Source: an uncultured Alphaproteobacteria bacterium (lineage in GTDB: Bacteria; Pseudomonadota; Alphaproteobacteria; Rhodobacterales; Rhodobacteraceae). Taken from it: 64,000 bases of DNA. The position numbers and the translations under genes were made by a program. Every line of letters begins with the position of its first letter. Within the stretch, counting starts at the first letter, position 1. The notes under the pieces were generated by a model that was not told the DNA's origin, did no database searches, and saw nothing but the letters and a program-made list of their open reading frames with translations. Where the stretch lies: NCBI GenBank assembly GCA_963772935.1, contig CAVYZK010000001.1, positions 166,001-230,000 of the forward strand. Reading direction: 5' to 3'. This document shows positions 9,523 to 18,772 of this stretch, in pieces.

Positions 9523-10074
9523 TCAGGCGGCGGTGGCGGCGGGCAATCGCCCTGACCAAGGGGAGAACTGGGTGACGGCCCGGTCGATCCGGGCCAGCAA
9601 GGCGGCAGAAGTGGGTATACTGTCGGTGAAGTCAGCGCCGGAGGCATAGATGCCGGTGGGCAGTGTGATCGCTTCAAAGAACCCGAACAAAGGGCGCAAC
9701 TGATGTTCGATCACCAGCGCATGCTTTTCGCCCCCGCCTGTCGCGGTCAGAAGAACAGGTTTTCCCGCGAGGGCCACCGGGTCGATCAGGTCGAACAGAT
9801 GTTTGAAAAGCCCGGTATAGCTGCCCTTATAGACCGGGCTGCCAACCACCAGCGCATCCGCCGACAGGATCGAGGCGACAATCGCCCGCGTCGGGCCGTC
9901 AAGATCATCCAGCGTCGTCACTGTGCCGAGGGCTGGTTGCAGGTCGGTCAGGTCATAGGTGGCCGCCGTTGCGCCCAGTTGAGCAGCGGTCCGCGCCGTG
10001 ACCAGATCGACCAGCGCGCGGGTTTTGGACGGCCGGCTCAGACTGCCAGAGAAGCCGACGATGCGGAGGGACAT
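9523..10074 (-). CDS. NAD(P)H-dependent FMN reductase (SsuE/MsuE-like)
   Basis: 'LRIVGFSGSLSRPSKTR' flavin-reductase N-terminus. GGAG lies 5 nt upstream of ATG 10074. First gene of the sulfonate operon. Confidence 0.8.
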   Translation of the reverse strand: MSLRIVGFSGSLSRPSKTRALVDLVTARTAAQLGATAATYDLTDLQPALGTVTTLDDLDGPTRAIVASILSADALVVGSPVYKGSYTGLFKHLFDLIDPVALAGKPVLLTATGGGEKHALVIEHQLRPLFGFFEAITLPTGIYASGADFTDSIPTSAALLARIDRAVTQFSPWSGRLPAATAA

Positions 10075-10943
10075 GGGTAGCTCCAATTAACGATTCATCT
10101 TGTCGTGTATTCTGGCAGCATGCAACGCCTCAGGCCATTCCAAATGTCAGGGTCCGGGCGACAGAAACTGGTTGCCCATGGACGCAGAAAGAGAGTTTTG
10201 ATCCTTCAGTGCGCGATGAAGAGGCCGGACAGGGCGCGACAGTTGACCTGATTCAGGTCGCAAAACCGCGTCTTCGGCGGTCGTATGGGAATGATTGTGG
10301 TTGTCTGAAGGTGCGAGGTCGCCAAACCCGATATTGCGACTGAAATTACGACAGGCCCGACGCACTTGGTCGGCGCGTTTATGCGGCTGTTCAGCACGAT
10401 GGGTACGGAGTAGCGCTGACCAGTCAGCCTCTCCGCATGGACTGTTTGAAGACCTGACGCTGTTTCGAGGAGGCCCGGTTTTTCTGTGTCCCCTTCAAAC
10501 TGCGCGACGAAAGGGCAAGGCCCGATCGCCGGGTGGGCAAGTAACGGCAGCTCTATGCGGATTATGGTTCAATACATCCCACAGTATTTCTGCTGGTAAC
10601 GTCGCAGAATGCCCGCCCGAGGGAGCGGTCCCACCTCGGCGTTTGCCGACGCAAATGCCTGCCGGGCGATGGGGCATTGCCCGGAACGCGCAGCACTTGA
10701 TTCCGGGCAAAAGAAGGTTGTGTCAACGAAGGTTCATCCCGCTCTAAACGAACCACGTCTACCGTTTCCTTTTGCGGCTGCAAAAGTTTGGTATTCCTCC
10801 GTGAACCCTATTATCACCGCAGAGCGTCGGATCACCGTTCTTCCGCACTGACCATGGACATCAAAAATCCGTCGCGCGACAACGGCTTGCCCCAGCCCTG
10901 ACACTACCGATCTTCTTCTCCTGCCAGCGTCAAAGCGCAGAAA

Positions 10944-11840
10944 TCAGGCTGCGCGGCTTCGGGCCAGCACGTTCGCCATCGTCTGTCCCATGGCCGAGGG
11001 GTTGGGGGCGACAGTGATCCCGGCGGCTGAAAGGATTTCGACCTTCTCTTGCGCGCTTTCCCCAAAGGCGCTGACGATGGCGCCTGCATGGCCCATCTTG
11101 CGGCCCTTGGGCGCCGAAAGCCCGGCGATGTAGGCCACGACAGGCTTGCGCATCTTGTCGCGCACGAAGGCTGCGGCATCGGCCTCTTGCGGGCCGCCGA
11201 TTTCGCCGATCATCATCACGGCATCGGTTTCGGGGTCCGCCTCGAACAGTTCCAGAATGTCGCGGAAGCTGGACCCGTTGATCGGATCGCCGCCGATCCC
11301 CACCGAGGTGGAAACTCCGATCCCCAACGCTTTCATCTGGGCTGCCGCCTCATAGCCCAGCGTGCCCGACCGACCCACGATGCCGATCCGTCCGGGCATG
11401 TAGATATGCGGCGGCATGATCCCCATGAAGCCCCGGCCGGGTGAGATGATCCCGGCGCAGTTCGGCCCGATCAGCCGCATCTTGCGGCTTTCCGGATAGC
11501 GCCGCAAAAAGCGTTTGACCCGCATCATGTCTTGGCTGGGGATACCGTCTGTCACACAGACAGCGGTCTTGATCCCGGCATCTGCGGCCTCCATGATCGC
11601 GTCTGCCGCGAAGGGCGGCGGCACAAAGATCAGGGTGGCCTCGGCCCCCACCGCTTCAACTGCTTCGCGCACGGTGTTGAAAAGCGGGCGGTCCAGAATG
11701 GTTTCGCCGCCCTTGCCCGGCGTGACGCCGCCCACGACATTGGTGCCATGCTGGATCATATCAGCGGCATGAAAGCTGCCGATGCGGCCAGACATGCCCT
11801 GCACGATGACGCGGGTCTGTTCTGTGATAAGAATGGCCAT
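10944..11840 (-). CDS. mtkB: malate/succinate--CoA ligase subunit alpha (SucD-type; MtkB by context)
   Basis: SucD hallmarks 'VIVQGMSGRIGSFH' and 'GHAGAIVS'. The MtkB assignment rests on adjacency to mcl and sga, not to sucAB or mdh. Confidence 0.8.
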   Translation of the reverse strand: MAILITEQTRVIVQGMSGRIGSFHAADMIQHGTNVVGGVTPGKGGETILDRPLFNTVREAVEAVGAEATLIFVPPPFAADAIMEAADAGIKTAVCVTDGIPSQDMMRVKRFLRRYPESRKMRLIGPNCAGIISPGRGFMGIMPPHIYMPGRIGIVGRSGTLGYEAAAQMKALGIGVSTSVGIGGDPINGSSFRDILELFEADPETDAVMMIGEIGGPQEADAAAFVRDKMRKPVVAYIAGLSAPKGRKMGHAGAIVSAFGESAQEKVEILSAAGITVAPNPSAMGQTMANVLARSRAA

Positions 11841-11851
11841 GGTGTCCTCCT

Positions 11852-13036
11852 TCAGGCCACTTTGTGCGCGGCAGTTTTGGGGCGTGAGGCAACCGCAGCG
11901 GCAGCAGCCTCGGCAAGCGTATCGGCAGAGATCAGCGGCAGACCGGAGGTGTCGATGATGGCCTTGCCTTCCTCGACATTGGTGCCCGCCAGTCGCACAA
12001 CGACCGGAATGGTCAGGCCGACCTCTTGGTAGGCCTGCACCACACCTTGGGCGACCCAGTCGCAGCGGTTGATCCCGGCAAAGATGTTCACAAGAATGAC
12101 GGAAACATTGCCATCGGCCAGCACGGTACGAAAGGCGCGCACCACACGCTCGGGCGAGGCACCGCCGCCGATGTCCAGAAAGTTCGCAGGCTCGCCCCCG
12201 GCCAGCTTGATCATGTCCATCGTGGCCATGGCGAGGCCAGCACCGTTGATGATGCAGCCAATGTCGCCGTCGAGCCCGACATAGGACAGGCCATGGTCGC
12301 CCGCCGTGCTCTCGCGTGGGTCTTCCTGGCTGCGGTCGCGCAGTTCGGCAATCTGAGGCTGGCGGAACAGCGCGTTGGTGTCGAAGCTCATCTTGGCATC
12401 CAGCGCCACCAAGTCGCCGGATCGGGTGATGACCAGCGGGTTGATTTCGACCATGACCGCATCCAGATCGCGGTAGGCGCGGTAGCAGGCGCGCAGGGTG
12501 GTGACCATCTGCGCCACCTGACCGCCTTTCAAACCAAGCTGAAACGCCAATTCGCGGGCCTGAAATTCCGACAGGCCCACCGCAGGGTCGATGGTCATGC
12601 GGCGCAGGCTGGCGGGGTCGCTGTCGGCGAGGTCTTCAATCTCCATCCCGCCGTGGGCCGAGGCCACGATCATGATGCGTTCCGATTTCCGGTCGAGGAC
12701 GAAGCCAAGGTAAAGCTCCTGCGCGATATCCGAGGCGCCTTCCACCCACACCCGGTAGACACCTTTGCCATTGGCATCGGTCTGCTTGGTGACCAATTGT
12801 TTGCCGAACAAGGTGGCGGCAAAGGCATGGACCTCGTCCGGCGTCTTGCACAGCTTGACCCCCCCTGCAGCGCCCCGGCCGCCAGAGTGGATTTGCGCCT
12901 TGACCACCCAGGCGCTGCCCCCCAGTTCCCGCGCGCGGTAGCCTGCCTGCTCGGGGCTGTAGGCCAGCCCGCCGCGCGGCACAGGCACGCCAAAACGGGC
13001 AAGGATTTCTTTGGCCTGATATTCGTGAATGTCCAT
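11852..13036 (-). CDS. mtkA: malate/succinate--CoA ligase subunit beta (SucC-type; MtkA by context)
   Basis: '[20 protein letters not shown]' ATP-grasp N-terminus, 394 aa, lying 11 nt upstream of the alpha subunit. Confidence 0.8.
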   Translation of the reverse strand: MDIHEYQAKEILARFGVPVPRGGLAYSPEQAGYRARELGGSAWVVKAQIHSGGRGAAGGVKLCKTPDEVHAFAATLFGKQLVTKQTDANGKGVYRVWVEGASDIAQELYLGFVLDRKSERIMIVASAHGGMEIEDLADSDPASLRRMTIDPAVGLSEFQARELAFQLGLKGGQVAQMVTTLRACYRAYRDLDAVMVEINPLVITRSGDLVALDAKMSFDTNALFRQPQIAELRDRSQEDPRESTAGDHGLSYVGLDGDIGCIINGAGLAMATMDMIKLAGGEPANFLDIGGGASPERVVRAFRTVLADGNVSVILVNIFAGINRCDWVAQGVVQAYQEVGLTIPVVVRLAGTNVEEGKAIIDTSGLPLISADTLAEAAAAAVASRPKTAAHKVA

Positions 13037-13110
13037 CTTTCCCCCGCACCCGAAATGTTTTTAAAGAATTCCGAAGCTTGCCGTTTTGAGTTTTTGCAGA
13101 AAATCGGTAG

Positions 13111-14049
13111 CTATCTGGCGGCGATTGCATCCGCCAAAACCAGAACGTTCATCGCCATCCGCTCGGAGGCCGCATCAATCATCCGGCCGTCCAACTGAGC
13201 CGCTCCCTTGCCCATAGACTCGGCCTTGCGCAGTTCCTCGATGATGCGGCGTGCCCGGGTCACCTCGGCTTCGGGGGGCGAGAACACCTCGTTGGCCAAT
13301 GTGATCTGCGATGGGTGGATTGCCCATTTCCCCTCGCATCCCAACGCCGCAGCCCTGCGGGCACCGTCCTTATAGCCTTCAGGGTCGCTGAAATCGCCAA
13401 ATGGCCCGTCAATCGCCCGCAAACCATAGGCCCTGCACGCCACCACCATGCGGTTGATCGAGGCATGCCATTGGTCGCCCGGATAATGCGGATTGAGCCC
13501 GCCGATATTGGTGGTCCGCGCCCGCATCGAGGCCGCAAAATCCGCCACGCCAAAATGCAACGCCTCCAGCCGCCCGCCGAACTGCGCGATGGCCTCGACA
13601 TTGGCCATGCCAAGGGCTGTTTCGATCAAGGCCTCCAACCCGACGCGGGTGGCATGGCCTTTGGCCTGTTCGATCTGATTGACCATGGCCTCGACCATGT
13701 AAAGATCGCCAGTCACGCCGACCTTGGGCACCAGTAACGTGTCCACCCGGTCGCCTGCCTGCTCCATCACGTCAACCACGTCGCGGTACATATAATGGGT
13801 GTCCAGCCCATTGATGCGCACCGAAACCGTCTTGCCCTTGGCCCGCCAGTCGATGTCGTTGAGCGCCTGAATCGCGTTCTTGCGGGCTTGTTCCTTTTCC
13901 GAGGGTGCGATGGCATCCTCCAGATCCAGAAACACATAATCCGCCGGACCCTCTGCCGCCTTGTCGATCATCGTCGGGTTAGAGGCCGGAACCGCCAGTT
14001 CCGACCGTTGCAAACGCGCCTTGCGCATGGGGTGAAGGGTGTGGCTCAT
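13111..14049 (-). CDS. mcl: L-malyl-CoA/beta-methylmalyl-CoA lyase (HpcH/HpaI-CitE family)
   Basis: 'RSELAVPASNPTMIDKAAEGPADYVFLDLEDAIAP' is characteristic of Mcl-type lyases. Start at 'MSHTLHP' with AGGAG upstream. Confidence 0.8.
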   Translation of the reverse strand: MSHTLHPMRKARLQRSELAVPASNPTMIDKAAEGPADYVFLDLEDAIAPSEKEQARKNAIQALNDIDWRAKGKTVSVRINGLDTHYMYRDVVDVMEQAGDRVDTLLVPKVGVTGDLYMVEAMVNQIEQAKGHATRVGLEALIETALGMANVEAIAQFGGRLEALHFGVADFAASMRARTTNIGGLNPHYPGDQWHASINRMVVACRAYGLRAIDGPFGDFSDPEGYKDGARRAAALGCEGKWAIHPSQITLANEVFSPPEAEVTRARRIIEELRKAESMGKGAAQLDGRMIDAASERMAMNVLVLADAIAAR

Positions 14050-14071
14050 CTGGGGCTCCTGATATTGCGAA

Positions 14072-15268
14072 CTATTCTGCGGCGATCCGGGCGGCTTGCG
14101 GTGAAGACAGGGCGTAGACCTCTTGCGCTGCCGCAACACCGGACCCAAACCGGACCTGTGCCCCTGCCGCCACCAGCGACAGTTCGGCCAAGGCGATCGC
14201 CGTCAGACACATGCCTTCGTTGCTGTCGCCAATATGCCCGATGCGGAACACCTTGCCCGCCAGCGGCCCGAGGCCCGAGCCGAACGACGCGTTGTATCGG
14301 TCATAGGCGATGCGGATCACGTCGCGCGCATCCACCCCCGCTGGCGTGCGGATCGCGGTGACAGTGTCCGAATAAAGCGAGGGGCTTTCGGCGCACAATT
14401 CCAGTCCCCAGGCCTGCACCGCTGCCCGTACCCCCGCCGCCAGACGGCAGTGGCGGGCGATGATGGTGTCGAACCCTTCGTCCAGCATGCGGTCCAGCGC
14501 GGCGCGCAAACCGTGCAGCAGTTGCACCGGCGGAGTATAGGGGAAATAGCCGGTCTCATTGCCGCTGACCTGATCACTGAAGTCAAAGTAAGCCCGCCGC
14601 ATGGTTGCGGTCTCGCTGGCCTTCATCGCCTTTTCACTGACCCCCAGAATACCCAGACCGGGCGGCAGCATCAGGCCCTTCTGGCTGCCGGTCACCGCCA
14701 GATCGACGCCCCAATCGTCCATCTCGAACGGCAGGCATCCGATGGACGACACGCCATCGACAAACAGCAGCGCCTCATGAAACGCTTCGTCCATCACCCG
14801 GCGCACGGCGGCGACGTCGGACGTCACGCCGGTTGCCGTTTCGTTGTGGGTCACGAAAACCGCCTTGATCTCACCCTTGCTGTCCGCACCCAGCTTGCGG
14901 GCGAATTCGCTGATCGGCGCGCCTGCGCCCCAAGGCAAGTCGATCAATTCTACAGTCAGGCCAAGCCGCTGCGCCATCTGCGCCCAAAGGACGGAAAACT
15001 GGCCATGCCGCGCCATCAGCACCCGGTCGCCCGGCGACAGAGTGTTGGTGATCGCGGCCTCCCACGCCCCGGTGCCAGAGCCGGGGAACAACAGCACCTG
15101 ACCTTTGGCCGTGCGAAACAGACGCTTGAGGTCGGCAAATATCCCCATGTTCAAGGCCCCGAAATCATGCGCCCGGTGATCTTGCATGGGCACGTTCATG
15201 GCCTGCCGCACCGTTTCGGGCACGTTGGTCGGGCCGGGAATGAACAAATGATTGATGCCGGTGCGCAT
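14072..15268 (-). CDS. sga: serine--glyoxylate aminotransferase (class V aminotransferase)
   Basis: 'INHLFIPGPTNVPETVRQAMNVPMQDHR' class-V N-terminus, 398 aa, AAGGAGG upstream of ATG 15268. Context next to mcl and mtkAB. Confidence 0.75.
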   Translation of the reverse strand: MRTGINHLFIPGPTNVPETVRQAMNVPMQDHRAHDFGALNMGIFADLKRLFRTAKGQVLLFPGSGTGAWEAAITNTLSPGDRVLMARHGQFSVLWAQMAQRLGLTVELIDLPWGAGAPISEFARKLGADSKGEIKAVFVTHNETATGVTSDVAAVRRVMDEAFHEALLFVDGVSSIGCLPFEMDDWGVDLAVTGSQKGLMLPPGLGILGVSEKAMKASETATMRRAYFDFSDQVSGNETGYFPYTPPVQLLHGLRAALDRMLDEGFDTIIARHCRLAAGVRAAVQAWGLELCAESPSLYSDTVTAIRTPAGVDARDVIRIAYDRYNASFGSGLGPLAGKVFRIGHIGDSNEGMCLTAIALAELSLVAAGAQVRFGSGVAAAQEVYALSSPQAARIAAE

Positions 15269-15349
15269 GGTGGCCTCCTTGGTTGAGAGGCACCATTCGC
15301 ACCGCTTCAAATTTATGCAAAATGAAAACAAGTTTCGCTGTGAGTGCGA

Positions 15350-15387
15350 GAATTTACAGAATTACAATTATGTAATATTGTAAATTC
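15350..15387. promoter_or_regulatory. nested palindrome in the AT-rich sga / regulator divergent promoter region
   Basis: GAATTTACA...TGTAAATTC flanks an inner ATTACA-N4-TGTAAT repeat. Read directly; sits between divergent starts 15268 and 15415. Confidence 0.4.
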
Positions 15388-15414
15388 AGCAAACCCTGAA
15401 TTCTGTGCGATGCC

Positions 15415-16812
15415 ATGCAAAAGACCTTCATCGGCCCCCATCTGCGCCGCCTGCGGCTGGACCGTAAAGAGACCCAAGGCACCATGGCCAAGGCGCTTGG
15501 CATCAGCGCCTCTTATGTTAACCTTCTGGAAAACAACGAAAGATCGGTGTCAGTCCAGGTTCTGCTGCGCCTGTTCGAGGCTTATGGGGTCGAATGGCGC
15601 GACATTGCCGACGAAGATGGCACGGCGCAGCTTTCCGATCTGCGCGCGGTGATCCATGATCCTTTGTTCTCGCAGACCCGCCCCGATTTGCCGCAATTGC
15701 GGGCCGCACTGGTCCATTCGCCGGGGCTGGTGCAAAGCTTCATGACACTTTACCGCAGCTATCAGGTTGTCTCGGATCAGCTTTTGTCACTGACCGAACG
15801 GGGTGACACTCAGACCTCGGCTTCGCCCGAAGCGGCGGTGCATGATGTTTTTCGCCGCAACCGCAATCACTTTCGTGAACTGGAGGAGGCCGCCGAAGCC
15901 TTTTGGCCCGCCCCTCTGGTCGAACGTGACGAGATCTATGTCACCCTCAAGCGCCGTCTGCGCGACAACCTCGGCGTCACGGTCCGGCTGTGCCGGGTCG
16001 AGGATTTGCCCGGGGCTCTGCGCCAATACGACGAGGCCCGCCGCGAAATCCTGCTGTCAGAGGCACTGGATCAGCCCAACCGTACCTTTCAACTGGTGCA
16101 TATGGCGGGGCTGCTGGAACAACGCAGCTTGCTGGACAGCGTAATCCAACGCAGCGGCATTCTTGAGGCGCGCGGGATCGCCCGGCTCAGGGTGGAGCTT
16201 GCGAATTACTTCGCAGCCGCCGTCCTGATGCCCTACGCGGATTTCCTGGCTGAGGCTCGTGCCTCGAAATACGACTTCGACCATATCGCAACCCGCTATG
16301 GCGTCAGCTTTGAACAGGCCTGTCATCGCGCAACCACTTTGCAACGCGAAGGTGCCCAGGGCGTGCCCTTCTTCTTTTTGCGCATCGACAAGGGCGGCAA
16401 TGTCACCAAGCGATTCAACGCCACCGACTTTCATCTGGCCGAATACGGCGGTGCCTGCCCCAGGCTGGATGTACACACGTCGTTCCGCACACCCGACCGC
16501 ATCATGCCGCAGTTTGTAGAGATGCCCGACCGCAGCCAGTTCTTCGTGTTTTCCCGCACCGTAGACCGCCCGACATGGGCGCGCCACGCGCAGGACAATC
16601 GCCTTGCCGTGGCGATGGGTTGCGCTGTCCAGTACGCGCCGGAAATCGGCTATGCTGAAAGTTTTTCAATGTCGGACGCCCGGATGACTCAGATCGGTAT
16701 CAACTGCCGCATCTGTCCTCGTTCCAATTGCGACCAGCGCGCCCATCAGGCGGTGATCCTGACGCAACCAGTCGATGCTCTGCGCCGCGGGGTCACCCGG
16801 TACGACGTCTGA
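15415..16812 (+). CDS. XRE-family transcriptional regulator with ImmA/IrrE-like (DUF955) and DUF2083-type C-terminal region (ScfR/RamB-like)
   Basis: HTH 'ETQGTMAKALGISASYVNLLENNERSVS', a 465-aa length, and the C-terminal 'INCRICPRSNCDQRA' Cys cluster typical of this family. Confidence 0.75.
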   Translation: MQKTFIGPHLRRLRLDRKETQGTMAKALGISASYVNLLENNERSVSVQVLLRLFEAYGVEWRDIADEDGTAQLSDLRAVIHDPLFSQTRPDLPQLRAALVHSPGLVQSFMTLYRSYQVVSDQLLSLTERGDTQTSASPEAAVHDVFRRNRNHFRELEEAAEAFWPAPLVERDEIYVTLKRRLRDNLGVTVRLCRVEDLPGALRQYDEARREILLSEALDQPNRTFQLVHMAGLLEQRSLLDSVIQRSGILEARGIARLRVELANYFAAAVLMPYADFLAEARASKYDFDHIATRYGVSFEQACHRATTLQREGAQGVPFFFLRIDKGGNVTKRFNATDFHLAEYGGACPRLDVHTSFRTPDRIMPQFVEMPDRSQFFVFSRTVDRPTWARHAQDNRLAVAMGCAVQYAPEIGYAESFSMSDARMTQIGINCRICPRSNCDQRAHQAVILTQPVDALRRGVTRYDV

Positions 16813-16863
16813 AAGGCCAGCGAAGGCCCCGCCACTGGTGCAACGGGCCCCAACGCCGCTTTG

Positions 16864-17844
16864 CTACTTCTGCGAAACGCCAGACTGAAGCTCGATCTGT
16901 TTCCACACAGCGATTTCATCGACCTGCGTGAATTCCTTCTGCAACCCCCACGGGCCCCATTCCGCATGGGTGATGCCCATCACATGCACCTCGGCACCGC
17001 TTGGCGCACCAAAGCGGCCATACCCGTCATGTTGGCCATCCAGGCTCCAGCGCACGGCAGCGCGGGGAGGGCGGCCCTGTTCTTCCATGCCGATGACATG
17101 GTGGATGGCAAAGCGGGCTTGTGGAAATGAAGACCGCAGACCCATCCATGCCTCCTCAGCAAAGGCAGGCGACCAGCCGCCACGCCCACCCGCATGTTCA
17201 ACCCGGACCGCGCGGTCATAGGTGCGGGCAATGACCGCCATGTCCTTATTCATGATGCTGGTCAGGATATCGGCCAACTGCCCGCCCCGCGCATGGTCAT
17301 TGCCGCGCAAGACGTAGGGGCCGGGGCGGTCCTGACCCGGGGTGAAGGGGCGTTTGGCCTGATCCGGTCCACCCTCGGCCAGAATCTGGTCGCGCGCAAA
17401 GCTGCGCGGGTCGTACCCCAGTTGCATGACAATCGCCGAGGTATCAAAAACCAGCCATTCATCGTCGAACACCCCATCGGTCACCGCGCAATCGGCAATG
17501 CAACGGGCGAAATAGGTCCGGCCCGACGGTGGGCCAAAGGCACCGTGGCCGGTCTGTGTGCCGGTGATCACGGTGCGGTGCGACGACAGATAATGGCTGT
17601 CGTCCCCGCCCGACCAGATCACATCTTCGGCCAGAATCCGCAGGTTGGGAAAGGCCGCCATCTTGGCCAGCGTGTCGTCCATCACGGCCTGATTGCCAAC
17701 TTTGATCCCGCCCGCCCCGCGCACCACGATATCGGGCGCGTAACAGGTGTTCAGCAGATGGATGCCACGATCCTCCCAGATTTCCTTGGTGATACCGATG
17801 ATGAAATCGGGAAAATCCCGCCATTTCGTGCCAAAATTGCGCAT
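16864..17844 (-). CDS. tandem SnoaL-like (NTF2-fold ester-cyclase) domain protein
   Basis: Two repeats each end in an ester-cyclase-like pattern ('...GTQTGHGAFGPPSGRTY...DEWLVFD...QLG' and '...GQHDGYGRFGAPSGAEV...'). GGAGG upstream of ATG 17844. Confidence 0.6.
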   Translation of the reverse strand: MRNFGTKWRDFPDFIIGITKEIWEDRGIHLLNTCYAPDIVVRGAGGIKVGNQAVMDDTLAKMAAFPNLRILAEDVIWSGGDDSHYLSSHRTVITGTQTGHGAFGPPSGRTYFARCIADCAVTDGVFDDEWLVFDTSAIVMQLGYDPRSFARDQILAEGGPDQAKRPFTPGQDRPGPYVLRGNDHARGGQLADILTSIMNKDMAVIARTYDRAVRVEHAGGRGGWSPAFAEEAWMGLRSSFPQARFAIHHVIGMEEQGRPPRAAVRWSLDGQHDGYGRFGAPSGAEVHVMGITHAEWGPWGLQKEFTQVDEIAVWKQIELQSGVSQK

Positions 17845-17910
17845 GATGCCTCCGTTTTGCAAAAGGTGGCGCAAGCCGGATCAGGCTGCAAGCTAAAAAT
17901 GACCGTTCGG

Positions 17911-18675
17911 TCATAACCTTGCGATCTCGACCTTCGCCCCAGCAGCCTCGACCGCCCGCCGCAAGGCTTGGGGCATGGCGTCGGTCACGATCCGAGACAC
18001 TTCATCCAGCGGCGCAACCGCGAAAACTCCCGGACGGCCCATCTTGGAACTGTCGGCCAAAATCGTGACGCGGCTGGACTGCCGGGCCATCGCGCGGGCG
18101 ATCTCGGCCTCTTGCGGGTCGATGTCCATCGCGCCGTCCGGCGTCACAGCGGCAACGGTCAGAATTGCCTCCGCCGCATGCAACTGCCCGATCTGCGCCA
18201 GCGCCATCGCGCCGAGGGATTCGCGCCCGGCCCCCCGGAACTCTCCACCGATCAGAATAACCCGGGCGCCTTCTGCCCGCTCGGCAAGGCTGGCGATCTC
18301 TGCCGAGTTTGTTATTATAATCAGTCCTTTGACACGAGACAGTTCTTCCGCCAGATAGATCGTCGTCGTGCCCGTGTCGATGAACAGGCTGTCGCCCGGT
18401 TTCAGCCCTGCGGCCACATGGCGGGCGATGGCGCGCTTGGCGGCCACTTGGGCCTGAAGGCGCTGGTTGAAGGGGTCTTCAACGGCAGAAAGCAGCGGCA
18501 GCGCCAACGCACCGCCATGCACCCGCCGCAAGCGACCGGCCTTGTCCAGAAAGGCCAGGTCGCGACGGGTTGTCTCACGGCTGGCCCCCGTCTGGCGGGC
18601 AATGTCTTCGACCTCGATCCGCAAGCCTTGGGCGGTACGGGCCAAGATCAGGTCGTGGCGTTCACTGGGCTTCAT
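17911..18675 (-). CDS. DeoR/GlpR-family transcriptional repressor
   Basis: 'ERHDLILARTAQGLRIEVEDIARQTGASRETTRRDLAFLDKAGRLRRVHGGA' DeoR HTH plus a sugar-phosphate-binding C-domain. Start at 'MKPSERH' (18675); the track start at 18969 overlaps the divergent gene. Confidence 0.8.
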   Translation of the reverse strand: MKPSERHDLILARTAQGLRIEVEDIARQTGASRETTRRDLAFLDKAGRLRRVHGGALALPLLSAVEDPFNQRLQAQVAAKRAIARHVAAGLKPGDSLFIDTGTTTIYLAEELSRVKGLIIITNSAEIASLAERAEGARVILIGGEFRGAGRESLGAMALAQIGQLHAAEAILTVAAVTPDGAMDIDPQEAEIARAMARQSSRVTILADSSKMGRPGVFAVAPLDEVSRIVTDAMPQALRRAVEAAGAKVEIARL

Positions 18676-18772
18676 ATGACCGTTCGGGCAAAATGGTTGA
18701 CGAAAGAGGCAAGGCTTGCTACCGAAGATCACGAAAACACAGACCGCTTGTCCGGTCAATCGGAAGGCCAGA

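Noticed and set aside
10769-10789. Hairpin CTTTTGC-GGCT-GCAAAAG plus TTT as a rho-independent terminator of a plus-strand sRNA.
   Set aside because: The stem is only 7 bp and AT-rich. No promoter or conserved structure can be recognised upstream. It is kept only as a note inside the gap finding.
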